From positions 1,561,674 to 1,625,673 of the forward strand of contig MU057651.1 of NCBI GenBank assembly GCA_013265495.1: a stretch of DNA of 64,000 nt, given 5' to 3'. Source of the DNA: Vicugna vicugna (lineage: Eukaryota). Position numbers and translations under genes: made by a program. Shown in pieces: positions 12,832 to 26,356 of this stretch. The notes beneath the pieces were generated by a model. The model did no database searches, was not told where the DNA came from, and saw only the letters and a list, made by a program, of their open reading frames with translations. Positions within the stretch are counted from its first letter, which is position 1. Every line of letters begins with the position of its first letter.

Positions 12832-13404
12832 TGTGGTGGACGGACTCTAAGATGGCCCTTAATAATTCCTGTCTCCTGGTACATCCTTGCGTCATTCCCT
12901 CCCCTTGGGTGTGGGCTGGCTTAGCAACTTGCTTCTAACCTATAGAATGTGAAAAAAAGTGATGAGATGTCACTTCTGTGATTATGTTACATAAGATTTT
13001 AACTCTGTCTTGCTGGCCAATTCTTTCTATTGCCCTCATAGCTTGCCTGCTTTCATGAAGCAAGCAACCTGTTGGAGAGACCCACATGGCAAAGAATTGA
13101 GGGACGTCTCTAGTTAACAGTGAGAAGGGAACTGAAGCACTCAATCCAACAACATATGAAGAACTGAATCACACCAATAACCACGTGAACTTGAAAGTAG
13201 ACCCTTCCCCAGTCAAACCTTTCAATGACACTCCAGCCCTGGCTGACACTTTGATTGCAGCCAAGTCAGAGACCCTGAAACAAAGGATCCAGTTAAGCTA
13301 TATCCAAATTCCTGACTCACAGAAGCTATGAGATAATAAATGCATGTGGCTTTCAGCCACTAAGTTGATGGTAATTTCTTATGCATCAATACGTAACTCA
13401 GACA
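12832..13404 (+). mobile_element. Complete MLT1 solo LTR
   Basis: TG...CA termini (tgtggtggacggactctaagatggcc ... taactcagaca), AATAAA at ~13335, near-TSD gtaat/ataat. Confidence 0.88.
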
Positions 13405-15824
13405 ATAATATTTCCTCTATTCTCCTCATCTCTCCTCAGGCTCCTGCCTCCTCCATCCTCAAATCTCCACCATCCTATCAACTTATGCAAATATATGTCT
13501 TCAGGGACCTCCAGTCTACTAGTTCTGCAATCACAGAGTTTTGGCATTCTATTTGGGGCTACAACCTGGATGAATAAATAATCAAATAAAAGCGTTTATC
13601 ATTCCCTTACCTGTTGTACAGCACAGCTTAATTTAACTCTAGATTCACCTTCTGACTTCTCATATTTTTTTAATCTTGGTGTGTTCAGTTTCTCCTAAAG
13701 TTGTCCTGGGTTCTGAGGCTTCACAGAAGATCAATTATGAAGTCTCTAGCTGCTCACAGATGACTTTCCCAGAGTCTCAACTGGTTTATTTAGTTGGCTT
13801 CAGTTCATAGAACTATTTGGGTTTTAGTTTTGATTTTCCAGCCTCCAAGACAGAAGATTCCACTCTGGGTCTTTCAGACTATTCATGTCTCCATTCTTAC
13901 TCTGTGCTGTTTCCCATTCTGAAGATATTTATGAAGACATCTGTGTTCTGCCCAAGTCTGCCTCCATTTCTGATTCATACTTTATTTTCATGTGCTTTAG
14001 CCAACTATAACTTTGTTAACCAGTCATCCTCAGTTGAACGCACATGTATTTTTCTATAAAAATAATTTTTTAAAATTTAACATTTTGCATGAAACTCTGT
14101 ATTTTGGAAATATATTCATTTTTGATGTGTTAACATGTCTTCTATCTCTTATTAAGAGCTATGCCAATTTTCCTAATCTACCTTCACCATGCAAAAAAAA
14201 AAAACCAGCCATTTGTGCTGTATACCATTTGTTTTTCATTTGTTGGTGACACCAAATATTTTGCTATTCACTGCCATTCAGTATTTGTAATCCATGTTCA
14301 TCACCACCATGTAAAATCTATGGAAACATCTTTCTCAGGAATTTTTTCTAGTCTAACTTCAATTTTTTTCACAACAAACCTCTATACAGCAAGCATGGGT
14401 GATACATCTACCATGAGTTAGGTACTGCAGATACAAAGATGACCAAGACATGAATTATACCCGCAAGAAGCTCACAGACAAGAGCTCTCATGTGTCTGTA
14501 TGAGGGACAGATAAGTACACCAATATCTGTAATATTATGTGCTGAGTGCTATATTCAAAGTATATTCAAAGGGTTATGGGAGCACACTGGTGGGAGTGAA
14601 TAGTCTCCCCATGTGGGAGGGAGAAATTTTATCTAGAAGGTGGCTTTTGGATGAACTTTGAAGTCTGAGTAGCATTTTTGCACGTGAGAAGGGCAGTAGT
14701 GAATTCTAGGCAGAGAGGACGTAATATTATGCATGTTCAGAAAGATATTTATTGAAAACCACTTTTAAATAGAGCTTTAAGAGACTTTAAAATTGATTTC
14801 AAGTGGTTTCATTATGCCCTCTCCTAATGTTTCAGAGCTACTTCAAATGATGAAAAAAAATCTTAGGATTTGAAGTAGATGGTGAGTATATTTTTCAGCC
14901 CCTAGATTAAGACACGTTATCTTAAAAAGACAACTGTAATTTTGGGGAATAATAGAACCAAGTGTTTGAATTTGGATCTGTCTGGGAAAGTCAGTTCAGA
15001 ACACATGTTCTCTTAGATACTAGTATATAGAACTCCAGGTAGAGGAACTCATGATTACAATCCTTGACAATCAGAGAACTAAATCAGAATGTCTGAAAAG
15101 GACTTCATGGAATTTGCCAGCTCTTTGGAACCAGTCGCATTAGAGGCTCTACCATGGGAGTCCAGCCATTCTGATAGTCTTTTATCTTTTGGCTGCAAGT
15201 AAACAGACACTCTACGTAGCTCAGGGGAATAGAAAATGTTGAGGGGAATATTTTGCAGGATTCTGGGGTGTCTCATAGAACCAAAGGTAGAGTGAAGTAG
15301 TCAAGGCCCAGGAATAGCAGAAACCAAGGCATGCCAGTAGTATGCCCCCAGGTAGCAAGGATGACAAACTTGGGGGGTCAAGCAGGGTTGAAGTGGGCTC
15401 CAGTGAACTGGGGCAGTTGTTACTTCCCACTAGCCAATTGTCGCCGTATAGGAATTTGGCCCAGTGCCACCCAATCCAGTAAAGTCAGAATTGTGGATTG
15501 TTATTTGACATTCCCTGGTTTTAAAATGTTCGCTAGTAATCCATATTAACATAAAAGACACTGTAAGGGACAAACAAAACACGTCTTCAGTCTCTGTTCC
15601 AAAGTGTTGCCACTAAAGTGATTCAGCTGCAACATCTTGTACTCTTTGACTTACTCTATTCAAAGTTTATGTTTCTTGGAGAGAGAAGTCTATTGGCTGA
15701 ATATGAGCCAAGGTTCTATCCCAGCTAGGACTGGAAGGCAGAGACACTTAGCATAGGCAGGGCTACTGGGGGTGTGTGTGGGAATCCACCTTCATGTATA
15801 AAAGGGGTCATTCTCAGGGAATAA

Positions 15825-16070
15825 TAATCATGACTAGCACATATTGAGTGCTTACCATGTGCCACCAAGTGATCTGAGTATTTAATGTACATTATTTCAT
15901 TTAAGCCTCACGACAACCTAATGAGGGGATATTCTCATTCCCATCTTACAGATGAGGAAACTGAGGCTCAGAGAGGTTATAAGGGATTTGCTTGAACTCA
16001 CACAGCTAGGGGTGGGGAAGCCAGACAGTCTGCTCCCTGATCCTGTGCTCTTAACCACCTCCCCATGATG
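15825..16070 (-). mobile_element. MIR SINE
   Basis: Core cccatcttacagatgaggaaactgaggctcagagaggtt. Confidence 0.9.
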
Positions 16071-17265
16071 CTTCCCTAACAGAAGGGGGATTGGGAGCCA
16101 GGCAGCCACCCTCTTTGCTTTATTGGGTGAGAAGTTTCCAGAAGGATAGCATGACGTAGTTAATGATGAAAGGACTATAAATCTGCCAGATTCTGACATC
16201 CAGGAAACTGACCCTCAGGCTGGAAAAGTGGCTTGCCCAAAGTTACACATTGAAGAGCAGGCTAGGTGTCCTCCCAATCCCCTACTCTTTCCTCCACCGC
16301 CTCCCATTCTCAGCCAATCAGCTTCAATATTCAGGCTCCCTAACAACTCATTTACATTTGTGGGGTCCGCTGAAAGCACTACTCCAGTTTTTCATTCAAT
16401 TCAGTCTCTCAGCTGCAATTCTACCTATCCACCCTATTATCCCAAATCTGCTTGTTTGTTTATGAAAATCAAGGGAAGCCCTAGAATGCCTTCTAAGGAA
16501 GGAAGTACGTCATTTCCCACCTGTGTTACTTTCTTCCGATCATCAGAGCTCACCAGTCATGGAGAAAGAAGAGTCAGCAGCTTTCCAACGCTGGCCAGGA
16601 GGAGTCCAAAACTGTAAATAAATACTCAAAGGTTAAACTCTAGAGGCCAGTGTCCACTGCTGTCCTTGTCATGCTGTCAGCTAGACTTGGGTTGAAAGAA
16701 CGTGCTTCCTACAGATCTTGGGAGTAAAAAGAATGGGTTCAGAGAAAGTGCTGGTGCTTGGGCCAGCCTTGACAACTGGCCTGGGACTTCAAAACATATG
16801 GGAAATCTCAGACCTGGTGGTCCATCCTGCGTGCTTCGGGGAGCTGCCCTTGCACATCAGGCCCTCTGAGAGAAGACTGTAGTGAGGAAAGGGCGTGAGC
16901 ATGGGTCAGGCTGTAGAAAGCAGAGAGTAGGAGAAAGGCAGAATTGAAGTTAGGCAATCTTTTAAAGCCACTTACGTTTGCCTGCATCCTTATGTTACCC
17001 TCTTTGTTAACGCCTCCAGAAAGAATCTGTTCTACTCACTCTTGTTGATAGATGCTGACTCTTCTCCAGGAGGATTGATGTTCTCACCTAACCTCACCTG
17101 GGACTCTGGTACCCCTAGACAGGTGGTGCATGAGTGGGCTTTAGAAAATGCAGGAATCCTCTGAAATCATATGTAAAATGTTGTGGGTATGTGCATTTTT
17201 CTAAGGAAAGCAGTCATACATCTGATCAGATAGTTAATGGGTCCACAATCTTTAAAAAAAATGTA

Positions 17266-17340
17266 TGACTGTACACCAGAAATGGACACATTGTAACTGA
17301 CTATATCTCCATAAAAAAAGAGACAGAGAGAAAAAAAAAA
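17266..17340 (+). mobile_element. Severely 5'-truncated young L1 3' tip
   Basis: ctgtacaccagaaatggacacattgtaactgactata plus A-rich tail, same 3' end as the copies at 24.9 and 28.8 kb; flanks aaaaaatgta / aaacaatgta. Confidence 0.7.
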
Positions 17341-18384
17341 ACAATGTACAAACCACTTGGCCTGGAAGCTTGAAGGTGGAGGACTGCTCTACAAATTGTG
17401 TCATTTCAAGAGCCATGAGCTAGGGTAGGGGTCATAAATTTTTCCCCAAGTCCTTAAAAATCACATGAAACTCACTAATAGAGTCACAGAGGGTTGGCTT
17501 GGGAGAGGTAGATCATCTTGAGGTGGACTGATGGAAACTGGAGGGGAAGGCAGCAGCAGAGGCATCAGAGATGTTGGGGGATTTCGGGGGGGGTGGCATC
17601 AAATCAAAGCCAGACATTTTGAAATAACTTGAGCAGAGGAGCCAATCTGAACGTGCTCTGCAGAGCTCAGCTGAATGAGAGAGACGAGATCTGAATGGCT
17701 GCGAGCAGACACTGTCTTGAAGAAGATTTGTGTTTAACTGTGATATTTAATATTCTTTTGCAAGGCAAAACAGTAGCAATCAATGTGAAAGTAAGGGAGC
17801 AGCTGCTGCTTCCCAAATACTGTCAACAAGACTGAAAATGTGCGAGGTGTTGTGAATAATGGCTGTAATTAAAGCAGTGCAGCAAGTCTGGTAGGATAAG
17901 CAGGGCTCCCAGGGTTATGATTATCAAGTTCGGTCTCCAAAGCACTACTTCTGTGTGTGTGTGTGTCCAAGTGTGCAAGTGTATGTATGTGTACGCATAT
18001 GTGCCCATATACCTATGTATAGAAATGTGGAGAGTTGAAAGAAAAGAAAGAATCTGGAGAAAGTATCATAGAGGAGGAAGGTGAGATAAATGAGACTTGA
18101 TGGTAGGAGGTGATAAGAGGAAAAGGGAGAAGATGCAGAAGAGAGAAGGAAAGAGGAAGAGTTGTCTTTTTGCTCTGTGGGCCAAGGGTTGGCAACCTAC
18201 CTTACCGGACCACCTATATAAAGTAAGTCTATATACACACACACACACACACAATCACATTCACTGCATGTTATGTCTAGCAATAATTCTCTCTCTCTAA
18301 TTTTTCTTACTTATTTATTGCTTTCTTCATTGAATTGTATGTTCCATGAAGGCAACGACCACGGCTGTCCCATTTATAACTTGG

Positions 18385-18768
18385 TAGTAGTCAGTTTAGG
18401 CTAAGTTATACTGCAGTAACAAATGACTCCCCCAAACAAAGATTTATTTCTTGCTCATATTACGTGTTGGCCATGGGTTGTTAATGGCTGTGCTCCATGT
18501 GTCTTCCCTCTGGGACCCAGGTTCACAGAGTGGTCCCTATCTGGGATATCGGTGTTCACAGAGCAGACAGAAGACAGACCATAGTGTTAATCACTCTATG
18601 GCTCTGAAAGCTTCTGCTTAGAAGTGGCATAGTCACTTCTATTCACATTTCATTGTGAAGCAAGTCACATGGCCATTCCAGAGTTTAACAGGATGAGGAA
18701 GTATAATATACCCTCAGGCGAGGGTGACAATAAATTTAAACAGTATTACCATCTGCTGCATTACCACA
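18385..18768 (-). mobile_element. MLT1 LTR within an L2 3' end
   Basis: ctaagttatactgcagtaacaaat...atttatttcttgctca...caagtcacatggcca. Confidence 0.75.
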
Positions 18769-19254
18769 TTCTCAGCACTTAGTACAGTTCCTGGAGCAAA
18801 GTACAGTGTCCTATCCATGGTGTCCTGTGGCCTTTGGCTATTGGGAAGCTTCGTTCCAATGTGTCATGTGAGATTGGTAAGAACTTCCTCATGGTTTGTA
18901 TTATGTGATATAGAAAATTGATATTTTCTCAATCTTATGTAATGTGCCAACAAGAGTATCTTTAGAAAAAAATGCTCTTTTTATTGCTTTATAGCATACA
19001 ATCCAAGCAAAAACCATGTTTTTTTAAATGCAAAGACAGCTGCAAGAAAAATCTCCTAGCTCCCTTTTAAACAGATTGTTTTCTTTAAGCTCCTTCCATG
19101 CAAAAATTTCAAAACCACCACCAGTTGGGGAAATGGAGTGAGGGGGCCACTGGAGTAGGGGCTTTGGAGCTTTCCAAACAATTCAGAGAGATGGAAGTAT
19201 CATTACTCTTTCGAAGTTTAAAACGTAGGACAGTCTGTGGGAAAACACTGAACT

Positions 19255-20402
19255 GTGAGTTCTCTAACAAGCATGCCAAGCTCGTGATGTCCCAAGCTGA
19301 ACTTTTGCTATTCCCCTTCACCCAGGACCTGTTCCACCTTTAGCCTTTTCCATTTTTTTCCAGTTGCTCAAGCCAAATTGCTTGGAATTGTCTCTGAATG
19401 TTTCCCCTGTTTCTGTGTCTCTCTCATATCCCACATCCAGTTCATCAACAAATACTGTTAGTTCTGTCTTCAAAATATATCCAGAATCTGACCATTTTCT
19501 ATCATCTCCAATGCTACCACCTTGGTCTAAACCATCATCATCTCTTAGATGAATTGTTGCAAGACCTCCATCTGTCAGCTATTGCTCTGGTAGTATTGCC
19601 AAACAATCCCCACATGTTAATTGCTTACAACATTTTTTTTGCTTGCTCCTGGGTCTGTGGGCTGGCTGGAATGGCTCTGCTTCAGGCTGAGAGTCAAGTT
19701 CATACCCTCTCCATGTATCTCTTCATTCTGGGATCAGCAGCCAGCTGGGATATGTTCTCCTCATGGCAGATGGCAGGTATACAAGAGGCCAAGCTAAATC
19801 AGGCAAACACATTTAAAATCTCTGCTAGCATCATGCCCACTGATGTTCCACTGGACATAGCAAGTCATGTGGCCATGTTCAGCAGCAACGTGGTCATAAA
19901 TTATATTCTATTTGCTCGAGAAGAAAGTGCTGCAAAGTCACATGACAAAAGGATGCATAAAAATTCTCTAACAGGAGGGGGGTGGAAAATTAAGAACACT
20001 AATCCAATCTGCCACCCCCTCTAGCTGTCCTCTTTGCTTCTGTCTTTTTCCTCTTAGAATCTATTCTCAACATGACTCCCTCCCTCACCTCTTTCTGGTC
20101 TTTGCTCAGATGTCACTTTCTCAGAGAGAAAGTGCACTTTCCTATGCACACTATTTAAAATTGTCAGCCCCCCAAACCATCCCAGCATTTCTATCTCCCT
20201 TTCCTGTTTCATTTTTCTCTAAGAACACTCAAAACCTTACATGCTGTGTATTTTGCCTGTTTCGTTTATCATCTGTTTCATTTTAAAAGAATGTAGGCTA
20301 TCCAAGGGCAGGTATTCTGGTCTGATGTGTTCACTGCTGTCTCTTGAGTGCTTAGAACAGTGCCTGGCACATAGTAGCCCTCGATAAATACTGAATGAAT
20401 GA
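19255..20402 (+). mobile_element. L2 3' portion interrupted by an antisense MLT1 LTR (~19572-20018)
   Basis: cttcaaaatatatccagaatctgacc...[tgtcagctattgct...caagtcatgtggcca...ccaatctgccac]...cttagaacagtgcctggcacatagtag...tgaatgaatga. Confidence 0.8.
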
Positions 20403-21204
20403 GCGAGCACTCAGCAGCAGGAACAAGAAGCTGGCTAGGCTAAGAGGAGGAAGAGGTTGCGTATGGCAGAAAACTGGGACACTATACCAAAGGTCCTGCC
20501 ATTTTTGAGGAAGGGAAAGGCCATAACAGAAGCATCCCTGGGGGAAGGGAGATAATAAAGTATCACTTAATTCATGGTCATTTGGGGTCTATAGGTGGTG
20601 AGGTGACATGGTAACACACAAATATCCACCATGCCCTCCTGCTATCTCCTTCTTGTCTGTCCCCCATCCACATGCAGAGAGGCAGAACCAGGATTACAAA
20701 CTCATGTTTCCTGAGTTCCTTTTGTCCATTCTCCTCCCTTGGCACCACAAGCCAGGAATCTTCGATGGTTCAAGCTTCACGTAAAGCCATGAGGTCTGCC
20801 AGGCTGGCTGGTTTTCCCTGAGTAAGTCCCAGTGCGTTACTGCCTTGAGATAGAACCCTATTTGAGAAGCCCTTTGGTTTCTGTCTTAGAAGAAAGAGGC
20901 AATTCCATGCAGGTAGGTCCCAGGGTCAGCCCTAGAATCATGGTCCTCCAAGTCAGTGGGGTCTGGGAGAGCTGGCTGAGCCACCAGAAAAGGCACTAAA
21001 ACACTTCATGGGGATCCAGGCCTCGGAGTGATTTCTAACACTCACTAGGCATCTTAAAGCTGGGTCAATGGTTGCAGAGTATTGGCCAAAATATCTATAG
21101 TTTTTGACTTTTTTAATCAATTTTTTTAAGGTTATATAGACAAACATGTGAAGAAACAAATTAGCACATATATATAAAGCATAATATAAATAATGTGTAT
21201 AAGT

Positions 21205-21760
21205 GGTGTAGTAGTCACCAAAGATGGTTATTAAGGCTATTAATTACTTCTTCCCATGTACCAGCATACCACTCCCTTCACCAAAGAGTGGAGTCTCTTC
21301 TATCTCCTTTTAAAGCTGGTCTGGTCTCAGGTCTTACTTTGACTAGTAGAACGTGGCAGAAGTAACACTGTGCACAGTTTCAGGTCTAGCTTTTTCAGAG
21401 GCTTAAAAGCATCTGCATTTTCTGAGGCACCCAGCTACCTTGGAAAAAGTCTGACTACTCTGAGACCACCATGCTCTGAGGAAGCCCAAGCTAGCCACAT
21501 GGAAATGCCATGCAGAGGAGAATCCAGGAACCCAGTCAACAGTGAGAATTGAGGCTCTAGACATAGAAGCCCAGTCAAGCCATCTTGACCAGTCCCCAGC
21601 TGTTTGAGTCATCCAGCTGAGCCTCCAGGGACCATGGAGCAGAAAGAAGCCACCTGAACTGTGTTGGGATGCCTAACTCCCAGCACTGTGAGCAAGGAAA
21701 GTGATGGTTGTTTTAAGACATTACGTTTGAGAGTGGTTCTGTAACAGGGGAGAACAGAAA
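21205..21760 (+). mobile_element. MLT1 LTR
   Basis: ctgagaccaccatgctctgaggaagcccaagctagccacatgg...gatggttgttttaag...aacagaaaca. Confidence 0.8.
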
Positions 21761-21784
21761 CAATGGAAATGTGTGCAGTGAGGG

Positions 21785-22005
21785 GTATAGTGTGGTGTCA
21801 AGCCCGTGGAGCCTGTATAAAGGCTGCCTGGGACTAGCCCATGACCTTGGGCATATCACTGAATCTCTCTGTACTTCAGTTTCCTGTCCTCTAAAACAGG
21901 GTTCGTAATATCTCAAATTGGAGTTGTGACAATTGAGTTCATTCATGTAAAGCCCTGTGAACTATGCCTGGTGCATAATCAGTCCTATGTAAGTGTTAGC
22001 TATTC
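21785..22005 (+). mobile_element. MIR SINE
   Basis: tgaccttgggcatatcactgaatctctctgtacttcagtttcc. Confidence 0.85.
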
Positions 22006-24722
22006 TGTGATGATGATGATGATAATGGTGATTGGCATTATGGGTCAATCCATTTCATTCACATTTACTCTCTTGTCTCCCTGGGACCCCGAGAAACAAA
22101 AAGAAACCAAGTAGGACAATTAAAAGTACCGCCTCTCTAGCTACCAACATAAGGCTTTGGCATACAGTGTGAGCTTGGAATTTGGGGATTGAATTGAAGG
22201 CCCCAAATCATTTCTGGCTGACCTAGGAAGGAATCAGTGGATTGGGTGTGCCCCCTTTCCCCATCCAATTTTCCTCTGTATTTCCATTTTGCGTAGGCAA
22301 ATGTTCAAGTTTGCATTCCTTAAGCACACATCCACAGGCTGTCATAGGAGCAGGGGGAAAGACAGCTCAGAAACTGGCTGGGAGGCAGGGGAAGCCAACT
22401 TAGAGAAAGACACTATCCTCAGATAATTCATCCAAGTGGCTACATCACAGGAGGAATCAAGGGTTGACTTTAGTAAATTACCACTTCCCCAAGGAGTCCC
22501 AATGGCCTGAAAAGTTCATGTAGCCTCTCCCAAGTACCGACCACCACTGGATGGGAAGCATGTGGGCTCTGGGAGGATTGGCTTCAATATAAAATAAAGT
22601 AGCTAATAAGTATTTCCACCCTTCTTGTCACTCTCATGGAAATACAAGCTGCCAAGGCTGAGGGGAGGTGGGTGTTAAATGTTCATCTGACTAATCTGTA
22701 AATCAGGGTGATGCAGCCTGTGCCCAGGCAGTAGGAGGCAACTGGGAGACAAGGGCCGGGCCCCTGAACAGTGTTGTGCAAGTGGAGCTTGGAGGGCTCT
22801 GGGCGAGGCACAGAGGATATGACTGGAGCTGAAAGTCAGTAAGAGGGGAAGAGTTGGAGTAAAATAATAAGGTGGACAAAGCCTTCCCCTGACTTTTCCG
22901 TCCCCTCCTACCACCCGCATCTGCTCCCCTCATTGTTTCCACTGCCACAGCCGAGCAGATTGCACAGACCTTCTCTGGTTGCTGCTCCCCAAACACCAAA
23001 ATAATACCCCGCTCCCCACTTTGGCCATCCCCCTCCTCATATATTCAAAACTACCATTTCCCTAAAGAGCTGAGCCCCTTCTAATCGAACCCCTGAAAGC
23101 AAAGCCAGATTAGAGAAGCAGGGAAGAGCTGCCTGTGAGGGGTGAGAGGCAAAGGAAGCAGGGGAGTTCTGGAATCCAGCTGGTGTTCTGGAGAAGCAGG
23201 GCGAGGAGTGACTGACGGGCTAGTCTGGGCAGCTGCCTGGCTGCTGGATCCTACCCGACTTTACACAGACGGCTCAGGGCTCCGGGGAGCTGGGGAGGGG
23301 TCGCTGCCAATACACGGCGCGCTTGCAGGAGGGGAATGGTGAAGTTCCATGCAGACTGTGTCGGAACGGAAAAAACCGACAGAAAGCCCTCTCCCTAGGG
23401 GAGCCACCAATTGCTGTGTCGCTTGACTCTGCTTTCCAACAGGGGCACTGTCTGCCCAGCATCTGATGCTGCGAGGATCAAAAATAGCCTCTGGTAACTG
23501 CTAGAAGATCTGTTTATAGAGCTCCAGCCTTCACACCACCTGTGAGTTACACCCTACCAAGCAGTCTTTTCTCAAGAACAAATTTGTTCTTTCTCAGAGG
23601 GGGCCACTGGCCACAAAAGGTGAATGCTCTCCTGCACTCCTATGCCTCCTCCACCCAGAGGACCACCAGCGCCTGCCCATCCTGAGTGTGCGCTCAGGCA
23701 CTGAGCACTTCTCCTGAGCAAAGCTGAATTATTCTGGGTCCCATTCTCTCCCTCGCTCTCTCTTTTTTGCTGGAGACTACCTAAGTAACCTGAACAACTT
23801 TAGCCATCCTAAATCCCTTCCAATGTCCTTCTGCTGCAGACCCTCTCCCCTTCCTATTCCTGGAAACCAGCATAATGGGTTGCCCCTCCCTCCCAACCAA
23901 GTAACACATTTTCATTTTGAAAGGGGAAGACTAAGTTCTTTGACCTAAGAAGTGACTGAAAGTGTGAATTTCAGGCAGGCCACCAGAAAGCTATTTTTGA
24001 GGCATAGGGGCTTTCTGGTGGCAACCTATCTCACCCATCAGTGCTACAAACCCTGCCTGTGTCTAAGACCAGCCTTGTGCCCCTAGCATAGGGCCAAGAG
24101 ACTTGGACACAGATCTAATGACTTATAGGAATGAGGTAGGTAACTCAAAAAAATCTAGTGGGTGGAGTACACCAGTCTTTGTGGCAAACTAGAGACCACA
24201 TACCCATCTGAATTACGAAATAGCAGTGCAAAAAGAAGATATTAAACTGCAAATGACAGCTTACCTCCCTGCCTGACAGAGAAGAGGAAGTAGTGGGTCA
24301 GGGGTGAATTAGAGAGGCGCGCATGCTCTGTTCACACAGGGCAGCCGCTCCTCAGCTCCAGCCCAGTGTGGCTGCAGGTCAGACTGTGTGCCTAAAGTTG
24401 GCGCAGCTTCCACATTTTCAAGAGAAACTCAAAGAGCTGATGTTTTTCAATGCAACATCTCCAGTTTTTTTAAAAATATTTTCCAATTACCAAAAAATAA
24501 TCCCAGAATATTGGGCATGCCGAGCAAAACACATCTCTGAGATGCACACAGCCTCTCCTGGAAGCTGTCCCAATATATGACCCCAGGCATTAAATCAGCT
24601 CAAGATATTTAAACTCAGGCAACATTTAGCTTGACACTGATTATATGTTCATGAGTAGAAGAGAGAGAGAGAGAGAACCCAATCTAGAGATAATTTCTGT
24701 ATCTCTTTAAAAAATCTCATAA

Positions 24723-25050
24723 GGGTGGAAGATATAGCTCAGTGGTAGAGCAAGTGCTTAGCATGCACGAGGTCCGGGATTCAATCCCCAGTATCTCCAT
24801 TAAAAAAGTTTTTAAAATAAATAATAAAATAGATAAACAACAAGTGCATAGTGTATAGCACAGGGAACTATATTCAATATCTTGTAGCAACCTATGGTGA
24901 AAAATAATTTGAAAACAAATATGTGTATGGTCATGTGTGATGAAAACGTGCTGTACACCAGAAATTGACAGAACGTTGTAAACTGACTATACTGCAATGA
25001 AAAAATATACAGAGAAAGTAAATAAATAAATAAACCTAATTACTGCCCCC
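24723..25050 (+). mobile_element. Camelid-type tRNA-derived SINE split by a young L1 3' end (~24815-25015)
   Basis: A-box tagctcagtggtagag, B-box-like gattcaatccc, then L1 (tatagcacagggaactatattcaatatc...ctgtacaccagaaattgaca), then SINE tail aaataaacctaattac.ccccc, as in the unsplit copy at 62.3 kb. Confidence 0.85.
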
Positions 25051-26173
25051 CACTCCCCCCGCCAGTCTCATGAAAAGTGCTTCGGCAAGGCTTCTGAGTG
25101 GAACAGTCCTGAAATTTAGCCAGTCACTGAATTCAGTCACTATTCAATTATCCATGGAAGGGTTGCCTGTTCTGGGGCTCAGAAGAATGTCAAAGTCTGT
25201 GCCCATTCCCTCCGACACTCAGTGCCACCCCTGGGTGCTACCTGCCCTTCACCTGCACCAGAGTGGGCACAGACAATCCTGACCCATGCACAGGACAGTT
25301 AGGAAAGCAAATCTGCAGTAAAGACAATTGCAGAATCCAGCCCCCCAGGTCCACGTTCTTGTGAATCTCTCGCAGAAGAGATCAGAGGGACTCCACTGTG
25401 GGCTTTACCTTAATCTAATGAGTAGAAATTGGAAAGAGGAATTTGCTTGGGGCTATCTATGCACATTTCTCCTCAAAAGTCTTTTCAAGTCATCCATAAA
25501 CCCAAAAAGTATCAGACGGACAAAAATTCCTTCCTTTCCCCCCTTTACTCCCTTTCTTCTTTCTGTCCCTTTCATCTTTAGACAATTATTTATTGAATAA
25601 CATCTATGCCACAGGCACTGTGCTTGTCACTGAAGATAGACAACAAGACAGCTGCAACCACTGTCCTCTGGAGCTAGTGCTTACACAGACGGGGAGAAGG
25701 GAGTTCACTGGAATACAGCCTGCGACACTTGCCCAGGCCTACAGAGGCTTCTTAATACATGTGTGTGGAGAGCTCACTGTTCTGAGGCCCTAGATCCATG
25801 TTATGCTATGTAGAGAAAACACGCGGGCTTCTCTTTGAATCTTGGCTCTGCCTCTTGCTACATGTGTCACCTCAGCCAAGTTATTTATCATCCTTATGCT
25901 TCACTTGCCTCATCGGTAATAGCAGTATCTACTTTATCAGATTGTGTGCTTAGCAGAGGGCGGGCTCATAGTCCTCAGAAAACACTAGATTTCCTCCTTT
26001 CGTCCTTCAGAATTTGAAAGTGATGCCACTGGCCCTCCACTGAGGATATGTACTTCTGGACTACTTTTTAGTGATGGAGATGGGTAATGGTGATACACTC
26101 ACTCTTTTTAATTTGTGTTGGTCATCCTTCACTCTGGTCCTGGTTGCGTTAAGTAAAAGTCCAAGAATCCTGG

Positions 26174-26356
26174 CCAGTGGTGTGGAGAAGTCCACTTGCA
26201 CAAGCTCACAAGAGCTGTTTGGGTGCGTTTCCCTACTCTGATAGCTTGAAATGGGCCGTGGTGGGAATATTTACACCACAGAAAATGGCAAACATTATAA
26301 ATCATGGTTCTCCCTGCCAAGGAGCTGGTTGATAAGCATTTACCAGCATCCCACTG
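26174..26356. mobile_element. MER63-like hAT-Blackjack MITE
   Basis: TIRs cagtggtgtg / catcccactg; internal aatatttacaccacagaaaatggcaaacattataaatca. Confidence 0.75.

Noticed and set aside
19398..20024. 208-aa ORF
   Set aside because: Runs across an L2 and an antisense MLT1 LTR; no protein resemblance; chance ORF.
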